The notes under the pieces were generated by a model. It saw only the letters and a list, made by a program, of their open reading frames with translations, made no database searches and had not been told where the DNA came from. A DNA stretch of 64,000 nucleotides, from contig NW_002060943.1 in assembly GCF_000150275.1 (NCBI RefSeq), positions 1,152,731 to 1,216,730 on the forward strand. The letters run 5' to 3'. The DNA is from Trichoplax adhaerens (Eukaryota; Animalia; Placozoa). Below, piece after piece: positions 50,601 through 64,000 of the stretch (position 1 is its first letter; each line of letters begins with the position of its first letter). The position numbers were made by a program, and so were the translations under genes.

Positions 50601-53600
50601 AGCTGGTATAGAACGATAGGAAATATTTACCTAGAGCAAGAATTAGATAGGGTAGTCTTAGCATCATATTTAAATTTTTGAGTTTAAAAATTATTAAATA
50701 TGACCCTATATGGATATGCAATAGGCCGATACCCTTTTAATTGTATTATAGGTTATTCATTTATTAATATCTTGATTATAGCATTAATTTCTGAATACGA
50801 TATAAATTATTTAGTATTGCCGTTTGATGTGATTTAATGTTTATTCTCTTTTGGCTTCCTTTCCAATTTTGCCAATTGAATATTGCTTGATGTATTGTAA
50901 AAGATACGGCCACTAATTAGATTTGCTGACTATTCTCCTTTTTACTGAAAGTATAGGAGTAGCAATTATATTAAACTAATGGTAAAGGTAAAATCGCCTT
51001 ACCGATATCGTAATTACTATTTTGATTCAGTTCATGCTCATTTATTGAAAATTTATTGCCTAATTCAGACTATTCTAAACCAGTTCTTGCCAATTAGGCT
51101 TGAGTGTTGTTTGTTGAAAATATGTTCTTGCATGTTTCTCAGATTACTTTGGTTCGTTTTGATTATTATCTTAATATTGTAATAGTATGTTGTAGAATAG
51201 AAATAATTTCTTGCCTTATCATCTTTAAGGTACGAAATTGTGGATACGACAAAATGACTATTTATAGAATCGTGTATACTGTAGTAGCAGTAGCATGTCC
51301 GTTAATAAATTGGCATGTACCAATTTCGAATAAAGCTACTAAGCTGATGGTATTTACTATAAGATAAAAATTTCGTTTGATTTTTCCTCTTTTTCTTTCT
51401 TGACCTTTACATTTGATTCTAACTTTAAGCATATTTCAATGCATTTGAAAATAAATAAGAAGTATAATATTCGAAGAAGTTGAATTCTTTGTGTAATAAT
51501 ACAAAAGAACGTACTCATTTAACTGAGTGTTTCTGTCTTGAATTGGATATAAATTGGATACTATCCGTCTCGCGATAATGCTTATGATGGTAATAGTTCT
51601 GATAGATATAACCGACCTCAAGATATTATCAATAATGTACGTAAAGGCAGTATCTATAACACTCTAATTGCCGCTGATTCATATAGCAAATAAGACTATC
51701 AGCTTATGTCAGAATAATAATGAGATAAATTTTAGACTTCACGATCAATTAGTTTAACAGGTCCGTTTAGTGATGCATGGAATATGAGGCATGAGACATT
51801 AATTGGCTGCCTATATGAAACTCATTAAGAAAGAAATAGATGGTATTACTGTAATGTATGATAGTCAGTGCTTCCGTCAAGGTAATAAGGGACAGTCTAT
51901 CTATTCGAAGGGTTTACAATCAGGAATGAAAAGATTACGATTTCATAAACAATTATTTGGAAGGCTTTGGTATGTACAGGATAATCATGAAGAGTATTAA
52001 TTGAGCATAATGAGTTAGTAACGGAAATTATAATGTTGGAGTCTTTAATACGTACGGTGTATAGATTAAACTATAAATTTGTTTGGAAGCCCACAAAACT
52101 GAATAGATTTCCATTTATATCACTGATAGAACTTGATGACAAATCTTAGTGATTACGCAGATTTTAAATTCTAATCAATGATGTCATAATCTAAGGTAGC
52201 AAAGGTTGGCGGTATGTAGCTTCGCTTCTAATAAATCAACCCTAATGCATTTGTGTATTTACAGTATATTATCGGATTCCAACAGGATCGCAAAATGTCA
52301 AGTCGGTAATCACCTCCCAGATAAGAAGACTATTTTATTCTAATTGGTAGCTTAAAAAATAATCAAATAAACACGAGAAAATTCAATTGGTAATAATAAT
52401 AAATAATCAAGAAAAATAAATAATACTGAGCGTAACCATGTAATTGAGAATTTCTTAATACGTATTTACTACACTTGATCAGTAAAGATGAGCTGAATTT
52501 TATTTGAAATGCACGAACTTAGTCTGGCTAAGCTAGTCTATCTAGAGTTTACTTATTTATCTTATTTCGATGAATTTTTTCAATCAATCTACCCATTATT
52601 CCTTCAGCTAATTATGTACTATCGCTAAATATACATTTTTAATCGAAATCTATTAGTTGTAAATTTATGTTCAGGATTATGAAGATCTCCTTTAATTCGC
52701 CCTACATTAGCACATGTCTCATTCTATTGCAGTTCTTCTTCATGTAATCATACTGGTATTAAAAGGCTTGTCTAAAACATATCTGCTTTCAAATTTAAAA
52801 ATTCTGAGTTCATTCTAAGCCTATCTATGCCTCATGTATTTCCGCTGATGCAATGCTACTCTTTTCTAACACTTAAAAGTATAATTTGTTCATGTAAAGT
52901 AATCTAATCAAGAAATCTTATCTGAAGTAAATAAATATGTGGACATCTGGTTGTAGAATGTCACTTAATTAGTCTTATATCGATTTTTTATTAGCTATTT
53001 AATTAACAAGATATTAAAACTTGCTCCTTTTCTCTTGCAGTAAACAATCTGTTCTACTGAAGCAAATGCAACGGAAATAAATCTTATCATACTTTAGCAC
53101 TGCATGAATTCTCATCAGATCAGGTCAATAAGGTCCATATCTCGCGTAATTATGCTGATGATAATATATCACCAATTGGATGTATACGTAATCTGAGAGA
53201 AGCCGATCTAGATTGAATATGTATGGCAAGCAAGAATCTAAGCCACTTTATCCTATACTGATCCATATCTGGTCCATTTCAGTGGGTTCAATACAAACAC
53301 CTGTAGTATTTACTTTACATAGAGTCTGATCAAAAAGGTCGATTTGAAGTTAGTGTATAGTAGGATTAGGGAATTTGACCTATTATATGCAGACTTGTGT
53401 CTTATCCATTTACATTGATTAAATGCTATCGTCTATCTAAGGTATGATAACCTATCTATGCTTATGGAAATAGCTTATCTGAAACATATCTGCTTCAGAA
53501 TTATACGAAACTTAGCCAATGTATTCTCTACGATAAATACTTCGTCCCTTGAAGTTAACATATCTCCAATGTAAATGCGAATCTGTTCCGAAAATCTGTC

Positions 53601-54569
53601 TAACATTAATACATTCAGGATCGCTAAGACTTTAGTAAATTTAGAGAATATTATTCTATATCTAAGCATTCTCACCTACTTACGTTTGATTTAATAAAAT
53701 TTTCTATCGCATGCGCATGTAATCAGATTGCTAAAATGCTTCAGATAGGTCTATCTAATGCTTGAAAAAGTACAAACAAGATGATAATATGCGAATTAAC
53801 ACTATAGTCATATAGTGTTACTGACACTACTAGAAGATATTTCATATCCACCTGGAGTAAGATATTAATCTTTTCAATAAGTTCACATCGTAGCCGATTT
53901 TAAGATGTTCCGATGAATGAATTTATTTTGTAAACGATAATCATCCTAGTTGGTATAGATAAATAATCACAAAGAAATCCCAGCTTGAAATGTTTTCCAA
54001 TTAATTCAAGAAAATGGGTGGTAGCAATTTCTTATATCAATGCGACTTGCTGTATAAAATAATATGCTAATCAATATTCACAGTAATAATAAGGAATTTA
54101 TTACCATTAGAAAATGATTATTTTCTAGGATAATTAGGCGGCAGGATTTTAATGTTCTGTTCATTGGATTGAATGCTACCATGGTGGTGCTTGGTACGCC
54201 TGTGCTGATATATGGATGATTTCATTAAGGATCATTCTATGATTGAACCTTTAATAATTTTCTGAAGGAATAATTATTTTCATTTCATCGCCTGCAATAC
54301 TTTGCTTAAAAAGTAAGAAAAATTCTCTTTCAATTGTTGGTGCGACTAACTAGCCTTTAAAATATGAATAATGCAAAACTAATATCTTTGTTTAATAGAT
54401 TTTTTGATAAAGCGTTTACTTCCTTGATTCGTTCCATCACAAGTGTTGCAAGAAATTCTATCTGCAAACTGATTGTAGTGTGGTAGCGATCCATCGATCC
54501 TTTCCTTTCGTAGAATTTCCATGATAGAATCAGTTTTTGTTACTCTTGACTTAATTACTGGCAATCTTC

Positions 54570-57500
54570 ATGATGAAATTGCAATCTAAATGGGTATTTA
54601 AGGCATTGATTTTATCCTGGACAATTTTTATTCATCTCCAACTTACATTAGGCCAAAAGCCTATTCCACTTGCCGTTTTTGCACCGCAAACGCAAGCTGA
54701 ATATGATGTCCATGATACAGACATCGGTGGAGAAAGCCATGATTCCGATGTTGATGCCCGTGTTGGGGATGTTGAACAGCTTCTTCAGGGAATTCGATTA
54801 GCTGTTCAGGATATTAACGGCAGGTCTGATCTTCTGCCTGGCCATCAATTAAAATTATTAACTAAAGACACGAAAGTAAGTTCTACTCATCTGTAATCCG
54901 TGATAACAAGCCATAGCATCCCCAACAACTGAAAATATAATCCAAACTAACTTTCATAGATGACATCAGCTAATTGACGCTAACGAATAGATGTTGAATG
55001 TCCTAAATTAATTATGTATAAAGCATTTCTTACGGAAATGATAAAAGGAGTTAATGTCCAAATGAATTTAGATAAGTTTATACCATATCATAGTACAAGT
55101 TAGCCTAGATAAATATTAGATCTGGCAAACTAATATCTACTCTTAGCTAGGCTATAGAAACTTAGTGGGCTTATAAACTCATAATATAAATACAATTACA
55201 AAGAAAAAGAATGAATTGATGATATAAAATGCTAGACTTACGCCACAGAGTGATTGATAAAATATAATTGTAATTACAGTCATTAGTCTGACATAAGTCA
55301 TTACATCAATTCACGAAACTTTAAGCATTTCATAACTTAAGATTTGAATCCCTTGAATATTTGTAGTCTTTATGAAAAAGTTTATGTAATGGAAATTATA
55401 GGATGCTAGTCTAAGATTATTCGTAGCCACAAAATTGATCATTAGTATAAAGCGATAATTTACAAGTAATCTCAAGCAATGCCAAGGTAGTTTTGTACTA
55501 TTTGTTAGTCACTGCTCAGAAATCTTAATCACTTCACAGTTTACATTCTCAATGCAATTGATATTCGTGAGCATCCAAAGAAAATTATAATGTAGGAGGA
55601 AATGTTCGTCAGTATGCATTAAATGCCGGTGCAATCGTTAGATTGAAATGATATTTGCTTGAATGTGTCTTAATACCAAAGGAATTGAGTCTTGGCTATT
55701 TAAGACGTACAAAAAAATGCATGTAATCTGATTTCTTTTTGATGCAATCTTCCATTTTCAGTAAAATGAATTGAAAATAATTTAAATTTTTACTGAAATA
55801 TTCAATCATAATTGCTTCGTTAGATATAGACTTTTGAATAATGATTACTACTTTTTCTGTGTCATATTGGATAGTGTAACATTGGCTATGCTACCAAAGA
55901 ACTCTTTGAAATAGTACAACCCAACGAACAGCCATGTTTTATGCTAATTGGTGCCGACTGCGATAAAGTTACTCAACAAATTGCCACCGTATCCAAATTT
56001 TGGAATCTGTTAACAGTAAGCGCAATCTTTAATAGCGATATATTGTACAGTAGTTATTGTGGTACAAATGGCGTAACGGCTGTATATATTAAATGCGCTA
56101 ATATTTCACTCGACGTAACCTTGATTGAATTAAGAGGTCATAAACTTTAAGCTTTAAACTTTTAGACTTCAAAGTGATATCTGAGTCTGCTTTAATAGGG
56201 ATAGAATTTATACACTTTTAGTGCTATACAGTACTTTAAAACGTCTTTTCGATATCTTGTACCATTTATTTTCACTAGTGTATAGGTTTTACACAACATC
56301 AGCTTTTTATGACGAGATTTATAGGCATTAGGAGCTAGCCAGTATTGTATAAATAAGTCTATTTAGACGACTTTTGGAATTGAGATCAAAGGCAAAGTTT
56401 CGATAGAAGTTTAAAAGATTAGTTAACGATGAAATTTTTGTAGTATTTTCATGCTTATCTACATAATTTAGGTTTCTTATGGCTCTACTACGCCATCACT
56501 GTCCAATCGCCTTCATTACAATTACTTCTTTCGGACTATACCTACCGATTCATTATACTACAGAGCCTATCTGGCTATTCTGCGGCAATTCAACTGGACA
56601 AGAGTTAGTATTTTACAAGAACAGTATGATCAAACTGTAAGTGAAATAAGTAGCTTGACAACATCTAGTAGGACTTGATCAACTTCATGCTCAACTTAAT
56701 AATATCTTGCTTTACGGATTTAGGTTGCCGATCGCTTTCGATATACATTAACGACAAACAATATTCATGTACAAGATTTCGTTACTTTCGGTAAAGATGC
56801 TGATGCAAGTTTCCAACAATTAAAAGTAAATGTCTTATAGATGCATTTAAGTAGATTGAAGTCGAAATTTAATTACGATGGTTCCGTATAAAGATATTAA
56901 AGTCCATCACCTATATTATTTAATATTGCTTGTACTTTTAATTCTCGTGCTAATTAATTTAGGCGTCAGGATCTAGGATAATCTTGGCCCATTTTGATGA
57001 CCATACTCAACAAACTATCTTATGCGCAGTAAATATACGATGAGCTTTTAAATATATAAAAATTGAGTAAACATTAAGCCGATTTATTGATCTTTTATGG
57101 CACCTATATCTTATTGCAGTATTTATTTCAGAGGTTTCAATATTTCTGGTTGCTTAAAAATATTTTATCTTATAAATATCTTATTTTATCCTGCTATATC
57201 TAATTTATCTTAATTTAATATTAACTAAATTGATATTAAATCATCAAAGCTACTAGATTTACCACCAATTTTTTGTATTCTAGATTTACCGATATGGTTT
57301 ATATGGGAAAAATTACGCTTGGCTATTTACACCGCATAAATATATTATACATAAATCTGAAGAGCGAACTCCTCATAATTGTACAGATTCGCAGTTATCT
57401 AAGGCAATGGAAGGAGTTATCGTCCTAGAATATCACCCCGTTAGTCCTTTCGATACGCTTACCATTACAGGAACGGTGTGTTAAGACTAAATTATTTCTA

Positions 57501-60500
57501 CCTATATGATTTTTAAATATCAGAACTCTAGTACGAAATTAAAATAATCTATCGTGTATCTTTGCTTATCTATGTTTATCGATGTTATCCCTAATTCAAT
57601 GATCTCCAGGAATAATTAGAATCATTGAAATCGTTCAGTTTTTGTGGTTACGTTATAAATACGAATTTTATGAGCTTATTTACTTTGCAAACTTAAATGC
57701 TCAATGAATGAGCTTTAATATTAATACGCATATAATATTGAATACGTACAGCTTAATGATAATAATAGTAATTGGTGATTTGCTGCTTACATTATTAATT
57801 AAAAAATCTTAGAAAGTTTCTCAGCTGTCTAAACGCGTGCTCGATGTAACCAAGGCCGAGAATCTCCAAAATCGCATTCCTTATGGCTATGATAGTATCT
57901 GGGCAGCAGCACTAGCATTGAATACAACTCGCCAATTTTATATGAAAAATAATGGAGAAGATATTTTGCAAACATTTAATTACAATCGTCAAGATATTCG
58001 TCGAAAATTGATGGAATATATGCAAACAATTTCCTTTACCGGATTATCGGTTAGACTGATTGTCAATTTAAATAAAATCTGTTTGTATTTTAAAATCTGA
58101 ATCTCACATAATAGAGCGGTTAATCTGTAAAGTGCTTTAGCAGTTACTGAAAGTGCTTCCTTGAATTTCGGAACAATGTCCTTATTTGATCTTTTTATAG
58201 GGTCCTGTAGGATTTACTAACGATGGCGATCGTAAAGGCTTAGTTATGATAGGACAAATGCAGAATAATAAAAGTGTTATTGTTGGCTACTATAATGATA
58301 TGGAGAATCAAATTACCACCAATGGCTATACTCCATTTAAATGGCAAGGTAAAGTAAATAATACAAGTCAGGCAGTTTTTGATGCGGCTACACCTTATCC
58401 TGTGCAATTTGCTTTTACATTAATATCTAGGAGGGAAACCACCTGCAGATAAACCAGCCCAAATTACTAGAAAAAGAATGGTAGGATTTAATCTCTATTT
58501 TGGCACGTGTCTTGCAGCAGGGTCTGCAGCTGGTATCACTTTATTTTTCTTACTAGTTAATACAATCTTTCAGAATCATAGGTAAGTTATATATAAACTG
58601 GTGACTAGCTGCTAAAATGACTGTGAAATAAGCATTATCAAGAGCTTGGGTAATTATAATAGCTAACCAATTAATCTGTTGCTGCAGGTACATTAGATTA
58701 ACAAATCCTGGAATCAATAATGTTTTACTCTTTGGTATTCTCATCAGTTATGCTACCATTCCCCTATTGGAAATTAATTACTTTGGCGATAGATCCAGTA
58801 ATTTTCTCAATATGCTGTGCTTGGTAAGATAAAATTACTTAATGCAACTTATTTTCCAGCTCCAATGTCATGAATACAGTATACTCCCCTGGTCCCCTTA
58901 CTTAATTTTCACGATTATCTTGACTACTCTACCTCCACAATGATTTAGATGTTCTAGTTATAATCGTTTGTGTTGAACATTTTTACGGTAAAAACGTTCA
59001 CGATTTTGTAACGGAAGATATAACAGATTTAAGTGTTGCTTAAGTTGACGAGGAACAATAAATTTGCAAATGCGTCAGTCTATACTAATAGCTACAACTG
59101 TTTTCTTTTAGTTACGATATTGGGTCTTGTTGATGGGTGCAATAATACCCTACTCTGTTATGGTAGCTAAAATGTGGCGAACCTATGCAGTGGTAACTAA
59201 TATTGTTCGAGCTGGAAAGGTAATCTTATTTTATTCTTCTTGACTTCATTCCCAAAAATACAAAATAAAGTGTCAATCGATCCGTCACTGGCAGTATAGG
59301 ATGTCATGACAAAATAACGAGGGCATACGCTATTTGAATCTTATAATGATAGCGATCGTCAGCATTACTTTCTATACTAACATTATCGTAAATAGTCTAT
59401 TTTATCCAATTCTAAAACTTAGGACACGTACGAAGTTGCCATGGCGATAGTGATGACTGTTATTATAGCTATTCCTGCAGCTATACTGCTGCTATGGAAT
59501 ATCGTAGATCCCGTTCATATACAAGACAGAATAGGAAAAATTAGGGTTAGTTCATTTAATATTATGCATATAATCATATCTTCTATTTCTCATTTACCTG
59601 TAATCAGATTTACTTTATTCTTGGTGCCATATACCTCCAAATGTGTATATTATCTTAAAAAATTTATAGTTGTATATCAGTATAATTTCTTCAGAGACAG
59701 CAGTATAAACTATTTCGTGAGTGAAGACTTATTTTTTGTATGTTGTAATAAGAATTAGACAGATTTTAATGCTTTAGCATTATAACTTGAGGACTATTAT
59801 GATATGATAAAATAGAGGACTTCAGTATCGTGTAAAGTTGTGTACAACAGGAAATTCGATATTTAATATAGTCCAGAAGATTATTAGAATATAATGAAAT
59901 AATGAACTATTCAATGAGATAAAAACTGATTTTTCCATTTTTTTGAGATATTATTGTCTTGGTTTAACAGTATTTCATGTTATTTTGACGTGCTATAGGT
60001 CTTTACGGTTTAGTAAATTATAAGCGAATTCGTATAGTCCGTAGGATATAATGCATTTGTTTAATAAAAGAGAATAATTATTATTTATCCCTGAAAAGAA
60101 AATCTGTAACATTTTATAGATGATTTACTTAATCTTTAACTGACTTTAACTAATTTAATTCAAAAATTCTCTCATGTATAATAGGATGACGATGGTAATG
60201 AAATACTTTCACATCGCTTGGCTTGTAGCTGCCAGTCTTATCAATACTTTTTGGGATCGATTTACGGCTATTTTACTTTATTAGTTTTATGTGGGCTATA
60301 TTTAGCCAAAGAGACCCATCAAATATCCTCAGTTATCTTAACTGATGCTAAATGGATTAGCATTAGTGCTGTCAATTATGCATTATACGTTGCTGCAGCA
60401 CCAATTGGATTTTTTGCTGGCCTAAACAGTCCTGATGTCAATTTTGCCATCTTGAGTTTAGCCATTATTTATGTTTCCACCAGTGCTGTCTTAATTATTT

Positions 60501-61860
60501 TTGTTCCTGCTGTGAGTAGATTATGTAATATATCCAATACTTTGTGTAAATTTATTACCTGAATCGATCGATTCTGTATTTCTAAAAGCTGAACATCATG
60601 ATTTTATCACCTGTAGATGATTGCAGTTTGCAAATATCGATCATTAACCATCACCGAAGTTGCTGGATTTGCCAATAGCGATCGATCTGAAGCGAATAAA
60701 ATTATATCACTTGGCATTGAGAATATTAGCTTACAGCAACGTCTGAATGCGGTACTAACTTAGATTAATGATAATTAAAGGAATACATTTAGAAGTAGAT
60801 ATAGATCTTAACAGAATAGTTCTACATTCCATCATAGAGGTTCTGATGCCTTGAAAGTATTTTATTACAGATTTATAGAATAAATATACTCAGTATTATT
60901 ATGCTAGTAATCCAGATTAGATTATTAATAAAATCTTTTACTCTTCTATAGCAAGACGCTGAGATCGATAAATTAAAAACTAAAATCTTACAAACAAGAA
61001 AATCAAGAGGAGAGGAGAGTAAATTTTATATACCTAAAAAGCACTATTGTAAAATATCATCAATAACATTAGGTGGAACGCAAACCTCGGTCATTAATTC
61101 ATATCAAAATAGTCAAGAAGGTCCATCATTATCCTCTTCTACTGTTAAAGAGGAATCTAGTCATCAACAATCCACCGATCAGCCTATAGCTGAAGCTCAA
61201 ACTGTACTCACTGCAAATAATGATCAAAACCAAGAAGGTGAAAGCATTGAGATGAAAGATCTTTTCTCGCAACCAACACAAGAAGTTGTTGCTGTTATTG
61301 AATCCAATAGCTTTTCTAGACATAGTGAAAGTAATATTTCGTTTTCAGAAGAAGTTGCACCGGTAATACTGCGGGTCAGCGATGATGAAAAAGAACCCTC
61401 AGTGCCAGATAGGTATAGCTTACTAAGGAATGAAGACCTACTAAATAAAATTATAGTCATCGATTCCAAAGATGGCAATGATGATGTACAAGAAGAGACA
61501 GATGAAGAAGCCCAAATGACAACCGATAATGAACAAACTACTTCACATGATGGCAATTTTACAGATGACGATGATTGTTTTGATCATATAAGAAGTAACA
61601 ATTCAGAACAAGTATTTGATGAGGAAGAGCAAAAGGTTGCTGTAGAAGATAAGAAAGAACTATCTAATACTAATCCAAGCGACCAGCAGCAATTATCTGA
61701 TACTACTGCAAATAATCTGCAGCAATCATCAGAGGCTAATCCGAGTGATCAGGAGGCATCATCTTATACTCGATCAAATGATCAGCAGCAGCCTGTAAAT
61801 GGTAGAACAAGGACATTATCTTATATTAATGAAGATGGATTTATTACGTCTGATGTTTAA
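54570..61860 (+). CDS. GABA-B-receptor-like class C GPCR (Venus flytrap + 7TM + coiled coil, no Cys-rich domain)
   Basis: Exons 54570-54875, 55875-56015, 56472-56636, 56724-56825, 56963-57028, 57284-57475, 57813-58049, 58201-58348, 58431-58581, 58688-58823, 59112-59219, 59423-59545, 60185-60511, 60617-60751, 60952-61018, 61073-61860. Motifs: AVQDINGRSDLLPGHQL, VSYGSTTPSLSNR..YNYFFRTIP, YGYDSIWAAALALN, FTGLSGPVGF...GDR, WQGGKPPAD, AKMWR, WNIVDP, GLYLAKET, coiled coil ENISLQQRLNAQDAEIDKLK, C-terminal TSDV. Confidence 0.93.
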
Positions 61861-63105
61861 CCACTTTATAACCATAGCGATATGCCGTAACCGATGAAAC
61901 GCTAAAGTCTATAATTTCATCTGTGTTATTAATGGTGAATATTTTTAATTCCAGTATTGCATGATGTTTAGATGTAATTCAACACGTAAATAATATTAGA
62001 GGGAATAAATTTTCAAATTTTCTGTCGCCGAAGCTTTATGTTTCAGTAAATGCAAATCGTTACAATTAAAGACGGGTTAAAAGGCTGCCGTGGCATAGGC
62101 TTAAAATATTTTTAGAGATAAAATGACAGCGATATATCAGGGATAGATGATGAGGCATGGGTGATTCTCGTAGCTCTTATTCTAATGGCATTGAATAAAG
62201 TAAAAAATTCTAGAGGTTATAATCTCATTGACAAGGAAACGGAAATTAGAATATGGTTATTGTAATACTGTATAATGTAATAAACTGGCGAATTTATAAG
62301 CTTTTGAATCATAAATGCGTAAAAAATATAGTTTTAGGCAGTCAACCTCATACAACACCAGATAGGCTTACATTTGTAGTAATCAATAAAGGAAAAATAA
62401 GCAAAATCACTGTTAAGATTGGAAGAAAGACGTCAACGGTGAAAGAAAGGAATATTAATTTTTGGACCCTTGTTTTAAAAGAATAGAAGCCTAAAAAGAA
62501 TTTTCTTCGTTAAATCAGCGAGTCTGATTGGGAGTAGAAGAGAATTTAAATGTGATCTAGGAATAATAAAAGATTAATCTCTGCTTCTTTTGCAATTTAT
62601 TTTAACATCACGAGGAATATCGTTACGGTTTATAGTTTCGCTGGTTTCATTAGTTAAGGAAGTAGATTTAAATAATACTTATAGAAATTTGAGAAATAGA
62701 TAATAAGATTTCTAATAAAAAGAATCATTTTACTACTTATATTAATTAAGTGATTGTAGCTAATGCTTCAAATTTTTAGCAATCTAATTATGATAGATCA
62801 CTGTCATTGTGATATTTAAATACACAAATTTTTACCAAAGTGCCAATTCTTATATACTGAAATGCATCTATTGCAATGATCTGATTGTAAAGAAGACGCA
62901 AAATATAGTCGAATTTTTATCTTACATTAGCTACGTTTAGTTAGCATTTTGCTAGTTCATGGCTGATCGTAGAAAAATTTTTTCATTTTTCCAAGATTTG
63001 ATTTTTTGTATTTTAAGACCTTGTCGCACTAAGTTAGATACAAAGTTCAATGTATACGCAGTACTGCCATTAATACTACTCAACTGATTGCCTTTACTTC
63101 GAACT

Positions 63106-63760
63106 TTAGCTATTAAACCATGAAATGCAGGCATTCAATGGGCCTACAATTTTCAAAATTATGTCAATTAAATCAACCTTGTCAGCAATATGCTGTGATC
63201 GCTATTCTATCGGTTACAGTAAATTGCTGTGATGCTAAATAACGGGCTTACGGTAGACCAAATGGATGGAGGGCTTACTTGAATAAAAATAGTAAATCGA
63301 ACGAGATCTATCTCATATGGAAATGTATTGAAACTTTCCCTTATTAACATTATCTTATCCCTCATTCAGAGCGGTTAGGAAATGATTTTGTAAGGATATA
63401 CGTTACCTTGTCTTCCTAAAAAATGAAATAGATGATATTCGTAGCATTGAATAAGCAAATGTAAGAGGTTTTAGTTGGCATTATTATCTACAAGGTTAGA
63501 TGTCCGTGTCTAGTAAGTAGCCTAAAAGAAACCTTATATGATAAAATACACTAATTACTGTATAGTCACTTCGCTTATGATGCAACTTTAATGGATAAGA
63601 TGTTGATTCTTATCAAGGTTGGAATGAATATCTCTATATTCAATAATTAATCGATATAATTTTCTTAGGCTCTGAGATTTAATTTACATGTAGCTATAGT
63701 TAAGCTTCCTTAACATACTTTATGTATCACCATTACACATCCATTTTCAGTTGTTTTTCA
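63106..63760 (-). CDS. Candidate 3' end of a minus-strand gene made of micro-exons
   Basis: Exons 63760-63737 (24 nt), 63415-63407 (9 nt), 63277-63252 (26 nt) and 63143-63106, each with AG/GT flanks, join to EKQLKMDVKTSKPSIHLVYRPLNACISWFNS*. No homology recognised. Confidence 0.35.
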
Positions 63761-64000
63761 CTAAGAAATGAAAACACTGAGGAAATATCGTTATTTATTT
63801 ATCTAGACCAAAAGTTACAAATAGAAGGAAGGCGAAATCAACAGGTAATCATAGCCCACTAACCCTGTTGTTAAGTTCCGATGTTTTCATGATTCGATCT
63901 GCTCTCTAGAATTGTATATGAGTACATATACGTGTATATATATAATTCATTATTCGTATGCTAGGAGTACTAAATTCGTATGAATCCAATGTTTAGAAAC

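Noticed and set aside
53440-53765. Imperfect ~20-bp inverted repeats (tatctgaa.cat / atgcttcagatag) as a MITE
   Set aside because: Arms are too degenerate and no target-site duplication is identifiable.

Overview
AT-rich eukaryotic animal genomic DNA with short GT-AG introns and one 50-N assembly gap. The gene style is most consistent with a placozoan such as Trichoplax (inference, not verified). Six protein-coding genes could be assembled by hand: Vangl/Strabismus (7917-9392 +, intronless CDS); WASH-complex subunit FAM21/WASHC2 (~11959-20937 +, 7 exons); MRPL37 (21879-22991 -, intronless); a C22orf15/CXorf65-family gene (24672-26227 +); a short DSCAM-like Ig/FN3 receptor (34198-49255 +); and a GABA-B-like class C GPCR (54570-61860 +, 16 exons). 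A decayed membrane-protein ORF and a possible micro-exon gene entering from the right edge are also present. The most striking non-genic signal is a set of arrays of TA-[CAG|CTG|CCG]-TA units in mixed order at the Vangl, FAM21 and MRPL37/C22orf15-like promoters, plus many dispersed TACAGTA/TACTGTA heptamers. These units match Tc1/mariner-type excision footprints, so the arrays may record repeated transposon insertion and excision at open promoters.
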